A stretch of DNA of 64,000 nt from the IMG/VR virus record IMGVR_UViG_3300028840_002431, positions 248,001 to 312,000 of that record; one strand, written 5' to 3'. This document shows positions 62,522-64,000 of the stretch, piece by piece. A model generated the notes under the pieces. The model searched no databases. It worked only from the letters and a program-made list of their open reading frames with translations, and had not been told where the DNA came from. How positions within the stretch are numbered: the first letter of the stretch is position 1; every line of letters starts with the position of its first letter. The position numbers and the translations under genes are program-made.

Positions 62522-63378
62522 TATTCCAGATCCGATAAACCGCCACTTCCGCTTCCGCCATTCCTGCGTTTCTTCCAGGGAGGTCTTCGCTCCGCTCCGG
62601 GGACCTCGAAGGTGCCATCCTCCTCGTGATAAGCAGGGGTTTGGATATTAACCCCCATAGCAATCCCCATCTCGACGGCATCTTTGAGTTCAAAGGCAGT
62701 CGCCTCTTTCCTTTCCTTCGCCGCTTCCCTTTCAGCCTCTTTATCCCCGCCTAGATCAACGATGTCGTACCGGCTCTCTATGTACTCAGCCACCGCATCG
62801 CTGTAGGCCGGGTGTAGATGGTTAAAAGGGTCCACACCCTCAACGATCCATGTGGGCTTGAATCTGACTTCCCTGGCCCTAAGAGTTTCGAGCAAGACAT
62901 CCGGAATAGCCCGGTTGCGTGACACTTGTCCGATCCGAATGATGGTCAGAGTAGAGTCAACCACCAAATCAAGAAGGCTGTTGTAGGACTGGACGCTGTC
63001 CCTCACCTCTTTTGATCGTTGCGCATACTTTTCCGCCCCCAGCCACACACGGAGAAGCCTGTTGTCGTCCAGAATCTGGTGCGTGAAACCGGGCCAGTGC
63101 CAGAACTTCGCGCTTAACACCCACAGCAAATGGCGGCAAACCTCTTCCCAGGTACCCTTGATAAAGAGGTTGTCCTCCGTTCGATCCACGTCATTGGTAA
63201 GCAACTCGCTACGGATTAACTTGGCCTTGAAAATCTCAGGCCCAAGATGCTCCAGGAGCATCTTTCTTTTCAGGCATTTGCAGGGACGGGGCACCATCTC
63301 TACCCCATCGTCCCTGTAGAGCCATTGCTCGCCATCACAGATCGGGCAAACCTTCTCGTTCTTCTTTTTCTCTGCCAC
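62521..63378 (-). CDS. Putative helicase loader (DnaC/IstB-like, degenerate)
   Basis: CPICDG...PCKC zinc motif; position directly upstream of the helicase. Confidence 0.5.
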   Translation of the reverse strand: MAEKKKNEKVCPICDGEQWLYRDDGVEMVPRPCKCLKRKMLLEHLGPEIFKAKLIRSELLTNDVDRTEDNLFIKGTWEEVCRHLLWVLSAKFWHWPGFTHQILDDNRLLRVWLGAEKYAQRSKEVRDSVQSYNSLLDLVVDSTLTIIRIGQVSRNRAIPDVLLETLRAREVRFKPTWIVEGVDPFNHLHPAYSDAVAEYIESRYDIVDLGGDKEAEREAAKERKEATAFELKDAVEMGIAMGVNIQTPAYHEEDGTFEVPGAERRPPWKKRRNGGSGSGGLSDLE

Positions 63379-64000
63379 TGCCGTTCTCTACACCACTAGA
63401 ACGTAAACGCTCCATCAATTCGAAAGTGAAGCTACGGTCCCCTTCAAAGTCGAGAGCACCAACCGCGCTCTCCCCTAACACCTGATCAATCACCTTCTTC
63501 TTACGTTGTAAGATTTCCAGCGTGTAGTGGTCGATCGTCTTTCGCCCTCTACCTGGACGTTCTGCGACAAGATGGATAGCGACGACGTGTTGGTGCGGGG
63601 AACCGATCCGGATAGGTCGGCCCAAAAGCTGGACGTAGTTACCCCAGGACCACGGAGCGTTATAGAAGACCATGACTTCGGCGGCCTGTAGATTGATGGC
63701 CTCTGACCCCGCGTCGGAGATGAAGATAACCCTGGTGTCGGACTTCATGTCCTGGAAAGCCTTCATAGCCTTCTGCCGGGCCGGGTTTTTCTTTGTGTCC
63801 ACAACCTTGCCGGTGATGGCTGTGGACTTGATCTTGGCCTTCTTGCAGAGTTCCTGGAGCCTGGGGATAAGAGACGCAAACCTCGTATAGACAATGATCT
63901 TCTCGCTATCGAACTCCCCAGTAAGCAGATCCATGAGAGCCTGTTCCTTGGAGCTAAGCTCGGAGAGTTCGACCTGTTCTTGGTGGAACATGTCCACGTC
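63335..64000 (-). CDS. SNF2/SF2 helicase, C-terminal domain (5'-truncated by the window edge)
   Basis: KIIVYTRF, SDAGSEAINLQ, APWS..QLLGRPIRIG. Confidence 0.85.
   Translation of the reverse strand, partial: DVDMFHQEQVELSELSSKEQALMDLLTGEFDSEKIIVYTRFASLIPRLQELCKKAKIKSTAITGKVVDTKKNPARQKAMKAFQDMKSDTRVIFISDAGSEAINLQAAEVMVFYNAPWSWGNYVQLLGRPIRIGSPHQHVVAIHLVAERPGRGRKTIDHYTLEILQRKKKVIDQVLGESAVGALDFEGDRSFTFELMERLRSSGVENGSGREKEEREGLPDL

Noticed and set aside
1-64000. Alternative genetic code (stop-codon reassignment)
   Set aside because: Recognisable enzymes are full length in the standard code, and TAA, TAG and TGA all terminate coupled genes.
1-64000. tRNA, rRNA or CRISPR array
   Set aside because: No cloverleaf or T-loop signature and no regularly spaced repeat-spacer pattern were seen, and intergenic gaps are short. 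A tRNAscan/Infernal run would be needed to exclude small RNAs fully.
1-64000. Bacterial chromosome origin for the window
   Set aside because: Housekeeping-like genes (clpX, rnhB, polA, nadV) are isolated among many small orphans, lack their usual operon partners and share a phage-style promoter motif. A large phage is the better fit, although no capsid gene is visible to prove it.

Overview
This window looks like part of a large (jumbo-type) dsDNA bacteriophage genome. It is densely coded in short gene blocks that switch strand often, and all three stop codons are used normally. I recognised no rRNA, tRNA or CRISPR array, and no capsid or tail gene. The right end is a replication module: SNF2-type helicase fragment, loader-like protein, DnaB-like helicase, stand-alone CHC2 zinc finger and family A DNA polymerase. 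The rest is accessory genes. These include an NrtR-vWA-NadM/Nudix-NAMPT-adenylosuccinate synthetase-like-kinase operon with a visible tandem operator, and RNA repair or handling enzymes (RtcB, CCA-type nucleotidyltransferase, RlaP-like nucleotidyltransferase, KhpA, RNase HII). Also present are NADAR, a 2H phosphoesterase, topoisomerase IB, Dam methylase, ClpX, a Ycf46-type AAA/DUF1257/DUF2997 triad, radical SAM proteins and two histone H1-like proteins. The most striking signals are two short peptide tags, each shared by many unrelated proteins. The first is a basic 'R-V-A/V-x-R-Y/F ... x-x-A/G' tag at termini and domain junctions, a candidate virion-packaging or maturation signal. The second is an acidic, mostly C-terminal 'T/N-L-Y/F-D-H/Y-L-x-x-D' tag, a candidate docking motif or degron. 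The two tag classes appear to sort with different upstream DNA motifs, one of which is a recurrent (C/T)GGTGTAnnn promoter that often gives leaderless starts. All family calls come from motif recognition by eye, not from database searches.
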